A stretch of DNA of 34,559 nucleotides from a virus (lineage: Duplodnaviria; Heunggongvirae; Uroviricota; Caudoviricetes), in IMG/VR virus record IMGVR_UViG_2693429748_000009; one strand, given 5' to 3'. A model generated the notes under the pieces. The model was not told the origin of the DNA and did no database searches. It worked only from the letters and a program-made list of their open reading frames with translations. Every line of letters starts with the position of its first letter. The first letter of the stretch is position 1. A program made the position numbers and the translations under genes. Positions 1 through 8,568 of the stretch are shown piece by piece.

Positions 1-650
1 AAAACCAGAACGGCGCAGATATTCCGGGGAAAGATACCTTCACCAAAAATATTGGTGCCTGCCGCGCATATAGCTCATGGCTGAATATTGGTGGCGATAG
101 TCAGGTCTGGACAACCGCGCAATTTATTTCGTGGCTGGAGAGTCAGGGAGCATTTAACCATCCTTACTGGATGTGCAAAGGCTCATGGGCTTATGCAAAT
201 AATAAGGTCATTACAGATACAGGTTGCGGAAATATTTGTCTTGCAGGTGCTGTGGTGGAAGTTATTGGCACTCGCGGCGCAATGACCATACGCGTTACCA
301 CGCCGAGCACGTCCAGCGGTGGCGGAATTACTAACGCTCAATTCACTTATATTAATCATGGTGATGCTTACGCTCCTGGCTGGCGACGAGACTACAACAC
401 GAAAAATCAACAACCTGCATTTGCTTTAGGGCAAACAGGAAGCACTGTCGGAAATGATAAAGCTGTTGGCTGGAACTGGAATAGCGGGGTCTATAACGCA
501 AACATTGGTGGCGCATCGACATTAATCCTCCACTTCAATATGAATACGGGGAGCTGCCCTGCTGTACAGTTCCGCGTGAATTACAGGAACGGCGGTATTT
601 TTTATCGTTCAGCGCGTGATGGTTATGGCTTTGAAGCTGACTGGTCAGAG
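1..650 (+). pseudogene. Side tail-fibre gene, distal variable segment (5' end outside window, frame 3), interrupted by IS600 after codon GAG at 648..650; the reading frame resumes at 4876
   Basis: Open frame from position 3 encodes ...GSTVGNDKAVGWNWNSGVYNANIGGASTLILHFNMNTGSCPAVQFRVNYRNGGIFYRSARDGYGFEADWSE, parallel to the fibre segment at 1926..2928. The stop codon TGA at 651..653 is supplied by the IS600 left end. Continuation FYTTTRKPSAGDVGA... begins at 4876. Confidence 0.75.
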
Positions 651-714
651 TGAGGTAGCCTGAGTTTAACGGACACTCCTTCCTGAAATAGAATGGCATC
701 AGAAGGAGCTAATA

Positions 715-1017
715 ATGAGCAGAAAAACCCAACGTTACTCTAAAGAGTTCAAAGCCGAAGCTGTCAGAACGGTTCTTGAAAATCAACTTTCGATCAGTGA
801 AGGCGCTTCCCGATTATCTCTTCCTGAAGGCACTTTAGGACAATGGGTTACCGCCGCCAGAAAAGGGCTCGGTACTCCTGGTTCCCGCACGGTGGCTGAA
901 CTGGAATCTGAAATTCTGCAACTGCGTAAGGCGTTAAATGAAGCTCGCCTTGAGCGAGATATATTAAAAAAAGCAACAGCGTATTTTGCACAGGAGTCGC
1001 TGAAAAATACGCGTTAA
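715..1017 (+). CDS. IS600 OrfA (transposase N-terminal HTH part)
   Basis: 100 aa MSRKTQRYSKEFKAEAVRTV..., with leucine-zipper-like C-terminus. A AAA AAA slippery heptamer at 966..972, and the -1 frame is open from 969 into orfB. Confidence 0.85.
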   Translation: MSRKTQRYSKEFKAEAVRTVLENQLSISEGASRLSLPEGTLGQWVTAARKGLGTPGSRTVAELESEILQLRKALNEARLERDILKKATAYFAQESLKNTR

Positions 1018-1052
1018 TCGAACAATGGCGACAACAATTTCCCATTGAAGCG

Positions 1053-1871
1053 ATGTGTCAGGTATTTGGTGTATCCAGGAGCGGTTATTACAACTGGGTA
1101 CAGCATGAACCCTCAGACAGAAAACAAAGTGATGAGCGGCTAAAACTGGAGATTAAGGTGGCACATATCCGCACTCGCGAAACATATGGAACCCGGCGGC
1201 TCCAGACGGAGCTGGCAGAGAATGGCATCATCGTTGGTCGTGACCGACTGGCACGTCTTCGTAAGGAGCTAAGGCTACGCTGTAAGCAGAAACGCAAGTT
1301 CAGAGCGACTACGAACTCGAACCACAATCTGCCAGTTGCGCCAAATCTGCTGAACCAGACGTTCGCTCCTACAGCACCAAATCAGGTCTGGGTGGCGGAC
1401 CTGACGTATGTTGCCACACAGGAGGGATGGTTGTACCTCGCTGGCATCAAAGATGTTTATACGTGCGAAATTGTCGGCTACGCCATGGGAGAGCGCATGA
1501 CAAAAGAGCTGACAGGTAAAGCCCTGTTTATGGCGCTCAGGAGCCAGCGCCCACCTGCCGGGCTAATCCACCACTCTGATCGAGGTTCACAGTACTGCGC
1601 ATACGATTACCGGGTCATACAGGAGCAGTCTGGTCTGAAAACATCAATGTCGCGTAAAGGTAACTGTTACGACAACGCTCCGATGGAAAGCTTCTGGGGA
1701 ACGCTGAAAAATGAGAGCCTGAGCCACTATCGTTTTAATAACCGGGATGAAGCCATCTCAGTAATACGGGAATACATTGAGATTTTCTACAATCGTCAGC
1801 GTCGTCACTCTCGTCTGGGGAATATCTCCCCGGCAGCCTTCAGGGAAAAATATCATCAGATGGCTGCTTAA
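1053..1871 (+). CDS. IS600 OrfB (integrase-like catalytic domain; probably expressed as an OrfAB fusion by -1 frameshift)
   Basis: 272 aa. IS3-family organisation; the orfB frame is open upstream to the slippery site at 966..972. Confidence 0.8.
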   Translation: MCQVFGVSRSGYYNWVQHEPSDRKQSDERLKLEIKVAHIRTRETYGTRRLQTELAENGIIVGRDRLARLRKELRLRCKQKRKFRATTNSNHNLPVAPNLLNQTFAPTAPNQVWVADLTYVATQEGWLYLAGIKDVYTCEIVGYAMGERMTKELTGKALFMALRSQRPPAGLIHHSDRGSQYCAYDYRVIQEQSGLKTSMSRKGNCYDNAPMESFWGTLKNESLSHYRFNNRDEAISVIREYIEIFYNRQRRHSRLGNISPAAFREKYHQMAA

Positions 1872-1914
1872 AAAAAGAACAAATGGTAGTGTCCGCTATT
1901 GCCAGTACACCTCA

Positions 1915-1925
1915 NNNNNNNNNNN
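1915..1925. other. Assembly gap (11 N) directly after the IS600 right end
   Basis: Run of n characters in the sequence. Confidence 0.99.
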
Positions 1926-3078
1926 CGAGCTGGCTGCGGCGCTGGGCAACGACCCGAATTTTGCGACCACCATGACTAACGCGCTTGCGGGTAAGCAACC
2001 GAAAGATGCCACCCTGACGGCGCTGGCCGGACTTACTACTGCGGCAGGCAAGTTTCCGTATTTTACGGGGAATGATGTCGCCAGCCTGGCAACCCTGACA
2101 AAAGTCGGGCGGGATATTCTTGCGAAATCGACCGTTGCTGCCGTTATCGAATACCTCGGTTTACGAGAACTCGGCACAAGCGGGGAGAAAATACCGTTAC
2201 TCAGTACAGCGAATACCTGGACTAATCGACAAACATTCAGCGGTGGCCTTTCTGGTGAACTATCCGGCAATGCTTCTACAGCTGCAAAATTAAAAACTGC
2301 CAGGAAAATAAGCAATGTGGCTTTTGATGGTTCCTCCGATATCACATTAAAAGCAAGTCATGTTGGTGCGTTTGCCTTAGGGAAAACAGGAAGCACCGTT
2401 GCGAATGATAAAGCAGTTGGATGGAACTGGAGTAGCGGAGCCTATAACGCAACTATTAGTGGTGCATCAACGTTAATTATTCATTTTTATATGGGAGAAG
2501 GAAGTTGTCCTGCAGCTCAGTTTCGGATTAATTATAAAAATGGCGGTATTTTTTATCGTTCAGCCCGTGATGGTTATGGTTTTGAAGCCGACTGGTCCGA
2601 ATTTTACACCACCAGAAAACCTTCAGCAGGAGATGTTGGTGCACTGCCGTTATCTGGTGGTCAACTGAATGGTGCACTGGGTATCGGAACATCCAGTGCT
2701 CTTGGCGGTAATTCGATTGTATTGGGTGATAATGACACGGGCTTTAAACAAAAAGGCGATGGTAATCTGGATGTTTATGCTAATAACGTCCATGTTATGC
2801 GCTTTGTCTCCGGAAGCATTCAAAGTAATAAAACCATAAATATTACGGGACGTGTTAATCCCTCGGATTACGGTAACTTTGATTCCCGCTATGTGAGAGA
2901 TGTCAGACTTGGCACACGAGTTGTTTAGACCATGAAGAAAGGCGTGATGTATGAAAAATCAGGCCATGTAATCACGGGGCTTGGTATTATCGGTGAAGTC
3001 GATGGTGATGATCCGGCAGTATTCAGACCAATACAAAAGTTAATTAACGGAACATGGTATAACGTATCGCAGGTATAA
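1926..3078 (+). pseudogene. Tail-fibre gene 3' portion (P2 H-like shared region followed by variable distal segment), 5' end lost in the gap, with an in-frame amber TAG at 2926..2928
   Basis: Translation ELAAALGNDPNF...AVIEYLGL matches the minus-strand H gene at 8569..9639 at about 98% nucleotide identity. After RLGTRVV comes TAG, then the same frame continues [49 protein letters not shown] to TAA at 3076..3078. That tail is the C-terminus kept in the other fibre cassettes (compare ...[17 protein letters not shown] at 6236). Confidence 0.7.
2144..2169. other. gix/pix-like 26-bp crossover site, variant, at the constant/variable junction of the fibre gene
   Basis: TTATCGAATACCTCGGTTTACGAGAA. 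Compare the gix-type consensus TTATCCAAAACCTCGGTTTACAGGAA (recalled from memory). Inverted relative to the sites at 7124 and 8614. Confidence 0.55.
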
Positions 3079-3080
3079 TC

Positions 3081-3614
3081 ATGCAGCATTTAAAAAACAT
3101 TGTCGCAGGTAATCCAAAAACCGTTGAACAATACCAGCTAACAAAGAATTTTGATGTTATCTGGTTATGGTCCGAAGATGGAAAAAATTGGCATGAGGAA
3201 TTAAAAAACTTTCAGGAGGATACAATAAAACTGGCTTACACAGTTGAGGGAATAATTATTGCTATAGACAAGGATGTATCAGCAATTAATCCAGAAGGTT
3301 TAAGTGTCGTTGAGTTGCCTGATATTACAGCAAATCGCCGGGCTGATATTTCGGGCAACTGGATGTTCAAAGATGGTGCGGTGATAAAGCGAACTTATAC
3401 CGAGGAAGAGCAAAGGCAACAAGCGGAAAATGAAAAGCAGAGCCTGCTGCAGCTCGTCAGGGATAAAACCCAGCTGTGGGACTCTCAGCTACAGCTGGGC
3501 ATCATTTCCGATGAGAATAAACAAAAATTAACCGAGTGGATGCTCTATGCGCAGAAGGTCGAATCCACAGACACCTCCAGCCTGCCAGTAACGTTTCCCG
3601 AACAACCAGAATGA
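3081..3614 (+). CDS. Tail-fibre assembly protein (Tfa; P2 G / Mu U family)
   Basis: 177 aa. C-terminal half is nearly identical to the Tfa at 5145..5678. The stop codon overlaps the IS600 left end. Confidence 0.8.
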   Translation: MQHLKNIVAGNPKTVEQYQLTKNFDVIWLWSEDGKNWHEELKNFQEDTIKLAYTVEGIIIAIDKDVSAINPEGLSVVELPDITANRRADISGNWMFKDGAVIKRTYTEEEQRQQAENEKQSLLQLVRDKTQLWDSQLQLGIISDENKQKLTEWMLYAQKVESTDTSSLPVTFPEQPE

Positions 3615-3675
3615 GGTAGCCTGAGTTTAACGGACACTCCTTCCTGAAATAGAATGGCATCAGAAGGAGCTAATA

Positions 3676-3978
3676 ATGAGCAGAAAAACCCAACGTTACT
3701 CTAAAGAGTTCAAAGCCGAAGCTGTCAGAACGGTTCCTGAAAATCAACTTTCGATCAGTGAAGGCGCTTCCCGATTATCTCTTCCTGAAGGCACTTTAGG
3801 ACAATGGGTTACCGCCGCCAGAAAAGGGCTCGGTACTCCTGGTTCCCGCACGGTGGCTGAACTGGAATCTGAAATTCTGCAACTGCGTAAGGCGTTAAAT
3901 GAAGCTCGCCTTGAGCGAGATATATTAAAAAAAGCAACAGCGTATTTTGCACAGGAGTCGCTGAAAAATACGCGTTAA
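3676..3978 (+). CDS. IS600 OrfA
   Basis: 100 aa, one residue different from the copy at 715..1017. Confidence 0.85.
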   Translation: MSRKTQRYSKEFKAEAVRTVPENQLSISEGASRLSLPEGTLGQWVTAARKGLGTPGSRTVAELESEILQLRKALNEARLERDILKKATAYFAQESLKNTR

Positions 3979-4013
3979 TCGAACAATGGCGACAACAATT
4001 TCCCATTGAAGCG

Positions 4014-4832
4014 ATGTGTCAGGTATTTGGTGTATCCAGGAGCGGTTATTACAACTGGGTACAGCATGAACCCTCAGACAGAAAACAAAGTGATGAGCGG
4101 CTAAAACTGGAGATTAAGGTGGCACATATCCGCACTCGCGAAACATATGGAACCCGGCGGCTCCAGACGGAGCTGGCAGAGAATGGCATCATCGTTGGTC
4201 GTGACCGACTGGCACGTCTTCGTAAGGAGCTAAGGCTACGCTGTAAGCAGAAACGCAAGTTCAGAGCGACTACGAACTCGAACCACAATCTGCCAGTTGC
4301 GCCAAATCTGCTGAACCAGACGTTCGCTCCTACAGCACCAAATCAGGTCTGGGTGGCGGACCTGACGTATGTTGCCACACAGGAGGGATGGTTGTACCTC
4401 GCTGGCATCAAAGATGTTTATACGTGCGAAATTGTCGGCTACGCCATGGGAGAGCGCATGACAAAAGAGCTGACAGGTAAAGCCCTGTTTATGGCGCTCA
4501 GGAGCCAGCGCCCACCTGCCGGGCTAATCCACCACTCTGATCGAGGTTCACAGTACTGCGCATACGATTACCGGGTCATACAGGAGCAGTCTGGTCTGAA
4601 AACATCAATGTCGCGTAAAGGTAACTGTTACGACAACGCTCCGATGGAAAGCTTCTGGGGAACGCTGAAAAATGAGAGCCTGAGCCACTATCGTTTTAAT
4701 AACCGGGATGAAGCCATCTCAGTAATACGGGAATACATTGAGATTTTCTACAATCGTCAGCGTCGTCACTCTCGTCTGGGGAATATCTCCCCGGCAGCCT
4801 TCAGGGAAAAATATCATCAGATGGCTGCTTAA
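4014..4832 (+). CDS. IS600 OrfB
   Basis: 272 aa, identical to the copy at 1053..1871. Confidence 0.8.
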   Translation: MCQVFGVSRSGYYNWVQHEPSDRKQSDERLKLEIKVAHIRTRETYGTRRLQTELAENGIIVGRDRLARLRKELRLRCKQKRKFRATTNSNHNLPVAPNLLNQTFAPTAPNQVWVADLTYVATQEGWLYLAGIKDVYTCEIVGYAMGERMTKELTGKALFMALRSQRPPAGLIHHSDRGSQYCAYDYRVIQEQSGLKTSMSRKGNCYDNAPMESFWGTLKNESLSHYRFNNRDEAISVIREYIEIFYNRQRRHSRLGNISPAAFREKYHQMAA

Positions 4833-4875
4833 AAAAAGAACAAATGGTAGTGTCCGCTATTGCCAGTACACCTCA

Positions 4876-5142
4876 GAGTTTTACACCACAACCCGCAAAC
4901 CCTCTGCGGGAGATGTTGGTGCATATACGCAGGCAGAATGTAACTCAAGGTTTATTACAGGTATTCGCCTTGGTGGTCTGTTATCTGTTCAGACATGGAA
5001 TGGTCCCGGATGGTCTGACAGGTCAGGTTATGTTGTTACCGGTTCCGTTAACTCAAACAGAGATGAACTAATTGATACAACTCAGGCAAGGCCAATTCAG
5101 TATTGCATTAATGGGACGTGGTATAACGCGGGGAGTATTTAA
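4876..5142 (+). pseudogene. 3' part of the tail-fibre gene interrupted at 650 (distal receptor-binding end)
   Basis: Frame EFYTTTRKPSAGDVGAYTQ...ARPIQYCINGTWYNAGSI* continues ...GFEADWSE from 1..650. GAG at 4876..4878 repeats GAG at 648..650. Confidence 0.75.
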
Positions 5143-5144
5143 CG

Positions 5145-5678
5145 ATGATGCACTTAAAAAACATTTCTGCTGGTAATCCTGAAACAAAAGAGCAATACCA
5201 GCTAACGAAACAATTTAACATCAAATGGCTTTATACAGAGGATGGGAAAAACTGGTATGAGGAACAAAAGAACTTTCAGCCTGATACGTTGAAAATGGTC
5301 TATGACCACAACGGCGTTATTATTTGTATTGAAAAGGATGTTTCAGCAATTAATCCGGAAGGCGCAAGCGTCGTTGAGGTTCCTGATATTACAGCAAATC
5401 GCCGGGCTGATATTTCAGGTAAATGGATGTTCAAAGATGGCGTAGTGATAAAGCGAACTTATACCGGGGAAGAGCAGAGGCAACAAGCGGAAAATGAAAA
5501 GCAAAGCCTGCTACAGCTCGTCAGGGATAAAACCCAGCTATGGGACTCACAGCTACGGCTGGGCATTATTTCCGACGAGAATAAACAAAAATTAACCGAG
5601 TGGATGCTCTATGCGCAGAAGGTCGAATCCACAGACACCTCCAGCCTGCCAGTAACGTTTCCCGAACAACCAGAATGA
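5145..5678 (+). CDS. Tail-fibre assembly protein (Tfa)
   Basis: 177 aa, begins 2 nt after the fibre stop; paralogue of 3081..3614. Confidence 0.85.
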   Translation: MMHLKNISAGNPETKEQYQLTKQFNIKWLYTEDGKNWYEEQKNFQPDTLKMVYDHNGVIICIEKDVSAINPEGASVVEVPDITANRRADISGKWMFKDGVVIKRTYTGEEQRQQAENEKQSLLQLVRDKTQLWDSQLRLGIISDENKQKLTEWMLYAQKVESTDTSSLPVTFPEQPE

Positions 5679-5681
5679 GAG

Positions 5682-5711
5682 AAGGCCCGCTATCGGGCCT
5701 TAATTTTTATT
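5682..5711. terminator. Hairpin plus T-run between the convergent tfa genes
   Basis: AAGGCCCG-CTAT-CGGGCCTT followed by AATTTTTATT. Confidence 0.6.
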
Positions 5712-6234
5712 CAGGCTTTTGTGGCCATTCAGGATTTGCCGTATCCACACGGCTGACCAGAACACTGTAGCGTTCCCATGCTTCCAGTCGTGTGCGTTCC
5801 TCGTCCGTCGCCATATTCAGCCTGACAGCGCGTTCCAGCGGCTGGATGACTGATTCAGCTTCGGAAAGCAATGCGGCCTTTTGTGATTCGGCCTGTTGTT
5901 GCAGTTCCTGTTCTGTATATTCCCTCTTTACTACTTTACCATCCAGAAACATCCATTTTCCGTTATTGTCTGCGTGACGATTTGCCGTAATATCAGGAAC
6001 TTCAACTATGCTTAGCCCTTCAGGATTAATAGTTGAAACGTCTTTACTGACAGCAACGATGATGTTGTTCTCATCGTAAGCAATTTTTATGGTGTCTGGC
6101 TGAAAATTCTTTTGTTCCTCATACCAGTTTTTGCCATCTTCGCAAAAGAGCCATACCACGCCCGCTTTTTTAGTTAGCTGGTATTGTTCCGGTGTTTTCG
6201 GATTCCCGGCCTTAATATTTTTCAGGTGCATCAT
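5707..6234 (-). CDS. Tail-fibre assembly protein (Tfa), opposite orientation
   Basis: [22 protein letters not shown]... with the conserved Tfa N-terminus. The ORF-track start at 6270 overlaps the fibre gene, so the start at 6234 is preferred. Confidence 0.8.
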   Translation of the reverse strand: MMHLKNIKAGNPKTPEQYQLTKKAGVVWLFCEDGKNWYEEQKNFQPDTIKIAYDENNIIVAVSKDVSTINPEGLSIVEVPDITANRHADNNGKWMFLDGKVVKREYTEQELQQQAESQKAALLSEAESVIQPLERAVRLNMATDEERTRLEAWERYSVLVSRVDTANPEWPQKPE

Positions 6235-6235
6235 C

Positions 6236-7141
6236 TTAAACACTCCCCACGTTGTACCATATTCCCCCAATCAATTTCTGAATTGGCCTTCTGGCAACAG
6301 TGTCGACAATATCATCCGCATTGCTGTTAATTGCGGCTGTTAAAACATAACCTGACGCATCGCCAAAGCCGTAGTCGCGCCATACGTTTTTATATTCAAT
6401 GCTGCCAAGACGAATATCCCGAACGACATGATTATGCAGCCATGTGCTTAACCAGTTGTTTTCCCACACTGAACCATAAATATCGCCACTAGACGCAACT
6501 TGCGCACCACTTCCCAGCGCAAATCCCCCATCTGTTTTAAAAATGAAATCACCACCACCATCTGAACCGTTATTAATATGAACACCATCACCACCGTTAT
6601 CTTTCCACAAAAACATACGAATTCTTCCGTCTTCGTTGGCGAATGTAATGTGGTGGCGGTAATTACTTTTTAATCTAAAATTGCTGCCATTAGATTCAAT
6701 ATCTTTATAAAGATGTAATCCTAACTCATCAATATGTCCGATGCGCGAACCATTTGAATAGAAGCTAATAATACCATCTCCATCTTGCCTAAATCCGGTG
6801 TCGTTATCTCCCAGAACAATGGAGTTTTCACCCAGTGCGTTATCAGTAGCTCCAATAGCTAGACCTCCTTTAATTTTGGCCCCGTGGCTGACAGATATAG
6901 CACCTGTTCTCAGATTTATAGCGAATGGCCTTAATGGGCCGATATTACCGTTTTCGCCTTGTCCTTCAGCCGTCGGAATGAAATGAAGAAAATCTTCTGA
7001 ACGACGGAAAATTAGACCGAAGGTATCATTGAAAATTCGCAGCGCATTCACCGTGCCAATTTTCAGTTCTCCGGTCATTTTATCGCCGGAACGCTGAACG
7101 GCGTTACCAGCCTTGTTTACCGTTTCCTGTAAACCGAGGTT
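6236..7141 (-). CDS. Alternative tail-fibre C-terminal cassette with no start codon of its own; would be expressed only after fusion to the constant part of the fibre gene by inversion
   Basis: Minus-strand frame is open from just below the stop at 7142..7144 and reads [29 protein letters not shown]...[18 protein letters not shown]. Its first codons are encoded by the crossover site at 7124..7149. Confidence 0.7.
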   Translation of the reverse strand, partial: NLGLQETVNKAGNAVQRSGDKMTGELKIGTVNALRIFNDTFGLIFRRSEDFLHFIPTAEGQGENGNIGPLRPFAINLRTGAISVSHGAKIKGGLAIGATDNALGENSIVLGDNDTGFRQDGDGIISFYSNGSRIGHIDELGLHLYKDIESNGSNFRLKSNYRHHITFANEDGRIRMFLWKDNGGDGVHINNGSDGGGDFIFKTDGGFALGSGAQVASSGDIYGSVWENNWLSTWLHNHVVRDIRLGSIEYKNVWRDYGFGDASGYVLTAAINSNADDIVDTVARRPIQKLIGGIWYNVGSV

Positions 7142-7149
7142 TTAGATAA
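7124..7149. other. gix/pix-like 26-bp crossover site next to the invertase gene
   Basis: TTCCTGTAAACCGAGGTTTTAGATAA, one mismatch to the recalled gix consensus. The outer half-site carries an in-frame TAA, as expected for the invertase-proximal site. Confidence 0.65.
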
Positions 7150-7203
7150 TGGCGGTTTCTGGCCTGCATGGCATGATTTGTGCTTTTGGACGGGAGATTC
7201 AGC

Positions 7204-7436
7204 GTGCTGATTGGCTATGTAAGGGTATCAACAAATGACCAGAATACAGACCTGCAACGAAACGCTCTTGTTTGTGCAGGATATGAACAAATATTTGAAG
7301 ATAAATTAAGCGGAACAAGGACAGGCCGACCTGGATTAAAACGTGCTTTAAAGCGCCTTCAAAAAGGTGACGCACTGGTTGTCTGAAAACTGGACTGACT
7401 GGGTCACTGTATGCGGCATCTTGTCGTGCTGGTGGT
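7204..7436 (+). pseudogene. pin: Pin/Gin/Hin-family serine DNA invertase, inactivated: two nonsense codons then truncation into a tfa 3' remnant
   Basis: GTG-start frame MLIGYVRVSTNDQNTDLQRNALVCAGYEQIFEDKLSGTRTGRPGLKRALKRLQKGDALVV reaches TGA at 7384..7386 where Trp is expected; a second TGA at 7396..7398. At about 7437 the frame merges into tfa-derived sequence. Confidence 0.75.
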
Positions 7437-7531
7437 GGAAGCCTAGAAAAAGTATCGGGTGTTGCTGAACCGTGTTGATACATCAACTGCACCTGATATT
7501 GAGTGGCCTACGAACCCTGTCAGGGAGTAAT
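7437..7531 (+). repeat. tfa 3'-end remnant (copy 1 of a 72-bp direct repeat) fused downstream of the pin pseudogene
   Basis: Encodes (E)[23 protein letters not shown]..., a lambda-Tfa-like C-terminus. Repeated at 8486..8557 with two mismatches. Confidence 0.7.
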
Positions 7532-7584
7532 CATTGGGATTATGCCGCAGCACGTCTTAAGCAAGAACGTGCTGCGGTTGGATG

Positions 7585-8253
7585 CTATTTTTTCCCTGAA
7601 GCGGAAAACATTACTACAGTACCTTGAACCCTGGTTTTAACATTCTCGAAATGCTCTGAGAGTATATGTGTTAAGCCTTCTTCGGAATCTTTTGTGTTTG
7701 AAAAGATGCCTTTCTGATTGTAAATGCGCATCAGTTTTTGACCGAAGCTATTGTGCACAACTCCATCGCCAAGAATTGTGGCTCCGTATAGAGTTCCATC
7801 ATCAGTTAAGGCCTGCGCCGCATTGCGTATTACACAGCTTTTTGTAGATATATTTCCAGGCAGGCAGTGAAGAAGGTAAAACATGGAAATGGAATCAAAT
7901 TGACCATGTAACGCCGCGGGATAAGGTTCAAAAACATCATGGCTAATTTTATGTTTAATTTTTGATTCCCCAGCCCTTGTAGATGCCGCGTTCAGGCTAG
8001 CTTCGTTCAAATCCATTAAAGATATCAGACTACTCTCAGGTACGTGAGTAAGGTAAAACCCAGTTCCAACACCAATATCCAGATGGTTGTTACCTAAATG
8101 TTCCAGAAAGTGTGGAAGAAGGTGTTCCTTTGTAGGACATCCCCATGCAAGCCGATTTGATACTCCCAAAACCCACCAGTCATAAAGCTTTAGGGTAAGT
8201 GGTGTGTAAATTTTAGCCCCATCATCTGTGTTTTTTTTCATTAATTTCACCAT
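7585..8253 (-). CDS. Class-I SAM-dependent methyltransferase (small-molecule/RNA type, not an obvious DNA methyltransferase), AT-rich
   Basis: 222 aa with motif I LDIGVGTGFY. No DPPY/NPPY or C5-methyltransferase motifs seen. Low GC compared with its neighbours. Alternative start at 8241. Confidence 0.7.
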   Translation of the reverse strand: MVKLMKKNTDDGAKIYTPLTLKLYDWWVLGVSNRLAWGCPTKEHLLPHFLEHLGNNHLDIGVGTGFYLTHVPESSLISLMDLNEASLNAASTRAGESKIKHKISHDVFEPYPAALHGQFDSISMFYLLHCLPGNISTKSCVIRNAAQALTDDGTLYGATILGDGVVHNSFGQKLMRIYNQKGIFSNTKDSEEGLTHILSEHFENVKTRVQGTVVMFSASGKK

Positions 8254-8355
8254 ATTATAGTTTTATTTGTGAATTAAATCAATTATGGCGATGAATTACA
8301 AGGGGTTAAATGCTGCCGCAGCATAGCGATATTGAAATAGCCTAGTATGCTTCGA

Positions 8356-8557
8356 TACAGCAGGAGCCGAATGGCTGGAAGACCGTCACCACACAGTTCT
8401 ACATCCAGGAATTTAGTGAGTATATTGCGCCACTGCAGGATGCTGTAGATCTGGAGATCGCAACGGAGGAAGAAAACTCGTTGCTGGAAGCCTGGAAGAA
8501 GTATCGGGTGTTGCTGAACCGTGTTGATACATCAACTGCACCTGATATTGAGTGGCC
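8356..8557 (+). pseudogene. Tail-fibre assembly gene 3' fragment (copy 2 of the 72-bp repeat), running into the gap
   Basis: Frame ...[49 protein letters not shown], lambda Tfa C-terminus-like; upstream in-frame TAG. Confidence 0.6.
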
Positions 8558-8568
8558 NNNNNNNNNNN
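8558..8568. other. Assembly gap (11 N)
   Basis: Run of n characters. Confidence 0.99.

Larger units (their letters stand above)
651..1914 (+). mobile_element. IS600 (IS3 family) copy 1, 1264 bp, ends TG...CA
   Basis: Starts TGAGGTAGCCTGAGTTTAACGG and ends ...GCCAGTACACCTCA. Carries orfA and orfB typical of the IS3 family. Near-identical to the copy at 3612..4875. Abuts the N-gap on its right. Confidence 0.85.
3612..4875 (+). mobile_element. IS600 (IS3 family) copy 2, 1264 bp, direct orientation relative to copy 1
   Basis: Same ends as copy 1. At least one difference: OrfA has P where copy 1 has L (RTVPENQ vs RTVLENQ). Right flank starts GAG TTT TAC, continuing the interrupted fibre gene. 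Confidence 0.85.

Noticed and set aside
88-413. ORFs 88..285 (plus strand) and 183..413 (minus strand)
   Set aside because: They overlap the fibre reading frame that runs from the window edge in frame 3 and has clear paralogues elsewhere in the window.
848-1327. Antisense ORFs inside IS600 (848..1045, 1088..1327, and the equivalents in copy 2)
   Set aside because: They lie wholly antisense to the recognisable transposase orfA/orfB and are more likely chance frames.
1777-1925. N-terminal part of ORF-track entry 1777..2928, starting inside IS600 and crossing the N-gap
   Set aside because: Frame continuity across an IS end and an assembly gap is an artefact; the real fibre coding sequence starts after the gap.
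4738-5071. ORF-track entries 4738..5142 (start inside IS600) and 4844..5071
   Set aside because: The first is the IS end read through into the fibre frame; the genuine coding part is 4876..5142. The second is an alternative frame overlapping it.
7545-7593. Hairpin CCGCAGCACG-N13-CGTGCTGCGG followed by a short T-run, between the tfa remnant and the methyltransferase 3' end
   Set aside because: Long loop and weak, interrupted T-tract; possible terminator but not convincing enough to list.
8413-8557. Minus-strand ORF continuation of the H gene beyond the gap ([13 protein letters not shown]...)
   Set aside because: It is the reverse frame of the plus-strand tfa remnant and is separated from H by the N-gap; not part of H.
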